In this document: one piece after another, positions 51,021-53,260 of the stretch
Numbering within the stretch: the stretch's first letter is position 1
How the letters are laid out: each line of letters starts with the position of its first letter
IMG/VR virus record: IMGVR_UViG_3300031983_000023
Location: 1 to 53,260 of that record
From: a virus
Lineage: Duplodnaviria; Caudoviricetes
Length of the DNA stretch: 53,260 nt
Strand: one strand, 5' to 3'
Translations under genes and position numbers: made by a program
Notes under the pieces: model-generated
The model's database searches: none
What the model saw: the letters and a program-made list of their open reading frames with translations, nothing else
Told to the model about the DNA's origin: nothing

Positions 51021-53249
51021 CTACGGGATTATCGTCCCGTTGTTTACCAGCGAGCCGTTCACCGTCAGGGTATGGCCGTTCTTGTCCAGCGTCGTGCCGG
51101 CGTCCAGCGTAAAGTCGTTGACCGACCAGTCGTCCTGCATCTCCACCCAGGTGTTGTTTACCTGCAGGTGCACGTCGGGGTCCTCCGTGTTGGCGGCGGA
51201 GGTGATCAGCTGCGGATCGCCCGATCCGGTGGCGCCGTCGAAAATCCACACGCCGCCGTTCACCGTGTCGATCGTGGTGTGCGCGGATGCCACCAGGGTG
51301 ACGTCCGCCCGGACGCGCAGTTCTCCGGCCCCCTGGTTCCCGTCGCAGACGATTGTCAGGCCGTAGGTCGAGACTCCCGCGATGTCTCCCTTGCAGATAA
51401 TCTCTCCGTTGATCTGGACGGTTAGTTGTCCTGTGCCGGAGTTGCCGTACATTGAGTTGACACCAGCCAGGTCGAAGGTAAGGGTTGCTCCTTTTGCCAC
51501 CCGGAAAAATCCTTCGGACGATGTAGCAACCGTTAACAGCTTGCCGAACGTGCAGGTCGCCGGAACCAGAATGCAGTTTTTGGTTCCGAACTCAAGATCC
51601 ACCTGGACGGTCGCGTCCTCCATGTCGCTGTCCGACCACAGGGGGACGAATCGCGGGATCGTGATGGCGGCGAGGCTTCCGCGGAGCCGGATTATTGGCG
51701 GAGTTCCGCCTTTTATAGTGCCGCCGGTCTTGATCCATCCGCCGGCGTAGGTGTCCATAGTCACTCCTCCGGAGTCAAGAATCCCCCCGTCCTGCCGGAA
51801 GCCGTAGTTCGTGCTGTTGAACTGGATGTACACTTCGTGAGCCATGTCGGCGGGGATGTGGGCTATTTCCGCGCTGTTTTGAGACGGCGTGTGCCCCTCC
51901 ACCCAGTCGGCCGCAGTAAACCAGACCTTGTTTGCCCCCGTTTCGATAGACAGCAGAACGGGCATCTGCTTCGTCAAATATGCAAGAAAGCCCCTGTTTT
52001 TGAACGTTGAATTGTAATCGGTAGTATCGAATGTCCCTGCGCCCAGCCTTTCGATAGTCACTTCGGACCACTCGAAGTCGGTGTCCTCAGTGTAAATCCA
52101 CAGCTCGAAGTCGGTCGACCCGAAGGGAATCATGTGCTTCACGGCGTCTATGTCGTCATGGTTGATCATTCCGCCAAGGGGCGTGAATCCGTCCGGGGAC
52201 CCCTCCACGACAAGGCTCACGGAGGGGTCGGCGTCCATGTCCCAGGTGGAAAGCTTTTGCATCTTCTTGACCAGACCGTCCTGCCCGGCCATTTTCGAGC
52301 GCAGGTAGACGGTAATGGACCCGGTGTTGATATGGGAGAAATGATAAACGCATCGGTGGGTCGGATTGCCGGAAGAGTACCAGCCGTTCTTGGCCGCGTC
52401 CCAGGTCGGCGGGAGGATGCTCATGTAAAAGGCGGGGGAGCCGGAGTCGTCCCGCACGTAGACGTAGCCGTGCATGACGTTGGAACCGGCCAGGGTGTAG
52501 CCCCCCACGGTGAACTCGAACATATCCTCGTCCGGGGATGCGAAAGCGGGGGCGTTGAGTATCGCGCCGTCCGCTTCGACCGAGCCGGCCAGCTTTTTCC
52601 CGTAAAGATCGTCGTTTCGCCCGGTTTTCGCGATTGACTCCCTTTCGGACGTCAGCTCGTTCAAGCCCTTGAAGGCGTTCCTGACCACCTGGTGTAGTTT
52701 TTCGGTGGTGATGCTGGCGTTCAGGTAATGCCGCGTCAGCACGGAGCTGTTCGCGACGCCGGAAAGGTCGATCAGGAGGTTGAGTATCCGCTGGACCGCG
52801 TACCTCACCGTCGAGGTAGCGGTCAGCCCGGCCGCCGCGCCGCCGGTCGGCGCGTGGGTGATCGCCTGGCCGAGGGGCATCAGGTCCCCGTCCGCCTCGT
52901 CGGCCCCCGCGCCCCAGTCGATCATGTAGCCCTTGAGGTTCAGCGTTGGGTTGGCCTGCGTGATGGTGAAGGCCCCCCCGGGCGTCCCGGTGAAGGTGGC
53001 GAGCAGCACGTCGTAGGCGGTGTTGGCCGTCGGATTCACGATGATGGAGAAGCCCGCGGACTGCTCGTAGTAGTAGGAGCCGGCCTTCTTGGCCCTGGCC
53101 CTCGAGTCCCCGTCCACCTCGGCGTAGCGCAGCTTGACGTAGTTCACCGTCGAGCCGTCCAGGGTCGCGCCCGAAACCGCCATGTTCGTCTGCTGCGTGC
53201 TCTCGGCCCTGAGAATTATGTCCTCCTGGATCACGGCCGGCGGGATCAC
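51021..53249 (-). CDS. Tail fibre / receptor-binding protein, main part (starts at 311 across the origin)
   Basis: Gly/Thr-rich mosaic, ITTEKL spacer, C-terminal beta-helix-like region. Confidence 0.8.
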   Translation of the reverse strand: MIPPAVIQEDIILRAESTQQTNMAVSGATLDGSTVNYVKLRYAEVDGDSRARAKKAGSYYYEQSAGFSIIVNPTANTAYDVLLATFTGTPGGAFTITQANPTLNLKGYMIDWGAGADEADGDLMPLGQAITHAPTGGAAAGLTATSTVRYAVQRILNLLIDLSGVANSSVLTRHYLNASITTEKLHQVVRNAFKGLNELTSERESIAKTGRNDDLYGKKLAGSVEADGAILNAPAFASPDEDMFEFTVGGYTLAGSNVMHGYVYVRDDSGSPAFYMSILPPTWDAAKNGWYSSGNPTHRCVYHFSHINTGSITVYLRSKMAGQDGLVKKMQKLSTWDMDADPSVSLVVEGSPDGFTPLGGMINHDDIDAVKHMIPFGSTDFELWIYTEDTDFEWSEVTIERLGAGTFDTTDYNSTFKNRGFLAYLTKQMPVLLSIETGANKVWFTAADWVEGHTPSQNSAEIAHIPADMAHEVYIQFNSTNYGFRQDGGILDSGGVTMDTYAGGWIKTGGTIKGGTPPIIRLRGSLAAITIPRFVPLWSDSDMEDATVQVDLEFGTKNCILVPATCTFGKLLTVATSSEGFFRVAKGATLTFDLAGVNSMYGNSGTGQLTVQINGEIICKGDIAGVSTYGLTIVCDGNQGAGELRVRADVTLVASAHTTIDTVNGGVWIFDGATGSGDPQLITSAANTEDPDVHLQVNNTWVEMQDDWSVNDFTLDAGTTLDKNGHTLTVNGSLVNNGTIIP

Positions 53250-53260
53250 CGAAAACGCGT
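53206..53260. repeat. Terminal direct repeat (circular assembly overlap), copy 2
   Basis: Exact 55-nt match to bases 1-55. Confidence 0.97.

Noticed and set aside
51021-53249. Diversity-generating retroelement or invertible tail-fibre cassette
   Set aside because: No reverse transcriptase, invertase or template/variable repeat pair was seen.

Overview
The window is a complete, circularly assembled genome of a GC-rich tailed phage (~53.2 kb unique; bases 1-55 equal 53206-53260). It has a contractile tail and essentially all genes lie on the minus strand. In transcription order (right to left, wrapping the origin) it carries: an early promoter with tRNA-Ala; small early genes and DUF932; recombination/replication genes (NinB-HNH, Cas4-like nuclease, SbcC-like ATPase, M23 peptidase, HTH replication initiator, SSB, ParB, RuvC-like); a ParB / radical-SAM / ParB block; small accessory genes; a self-contained ParB + Nop-domain (IS110-like, TasA-type) cassette with a 20-unit, 36-nt dual-repeat array (a TIGR-Tas RNA-guided system); terminase; an island with a sigma-region-4 protein, an Acb2/Tad1-like protein and a HAD phosphatase; portal, head, neck, tail and baseplate genes; a tail fibre that spans the origin; and a lysis module interrupted by an AT-rich RHH+HNH cassette and ending in two fully overlapping spanin-like ORFs. 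No integrase, CI-like repressor, ParA or DNA polymerase was recognised. The main highlight is the nuclease-less, ParB-coupled TIGR system with variant repeat grammar. Three predicted plus-strand antisense small RNAs are the second highlight. All calls come from reading motifs by eye; no database searches were run.
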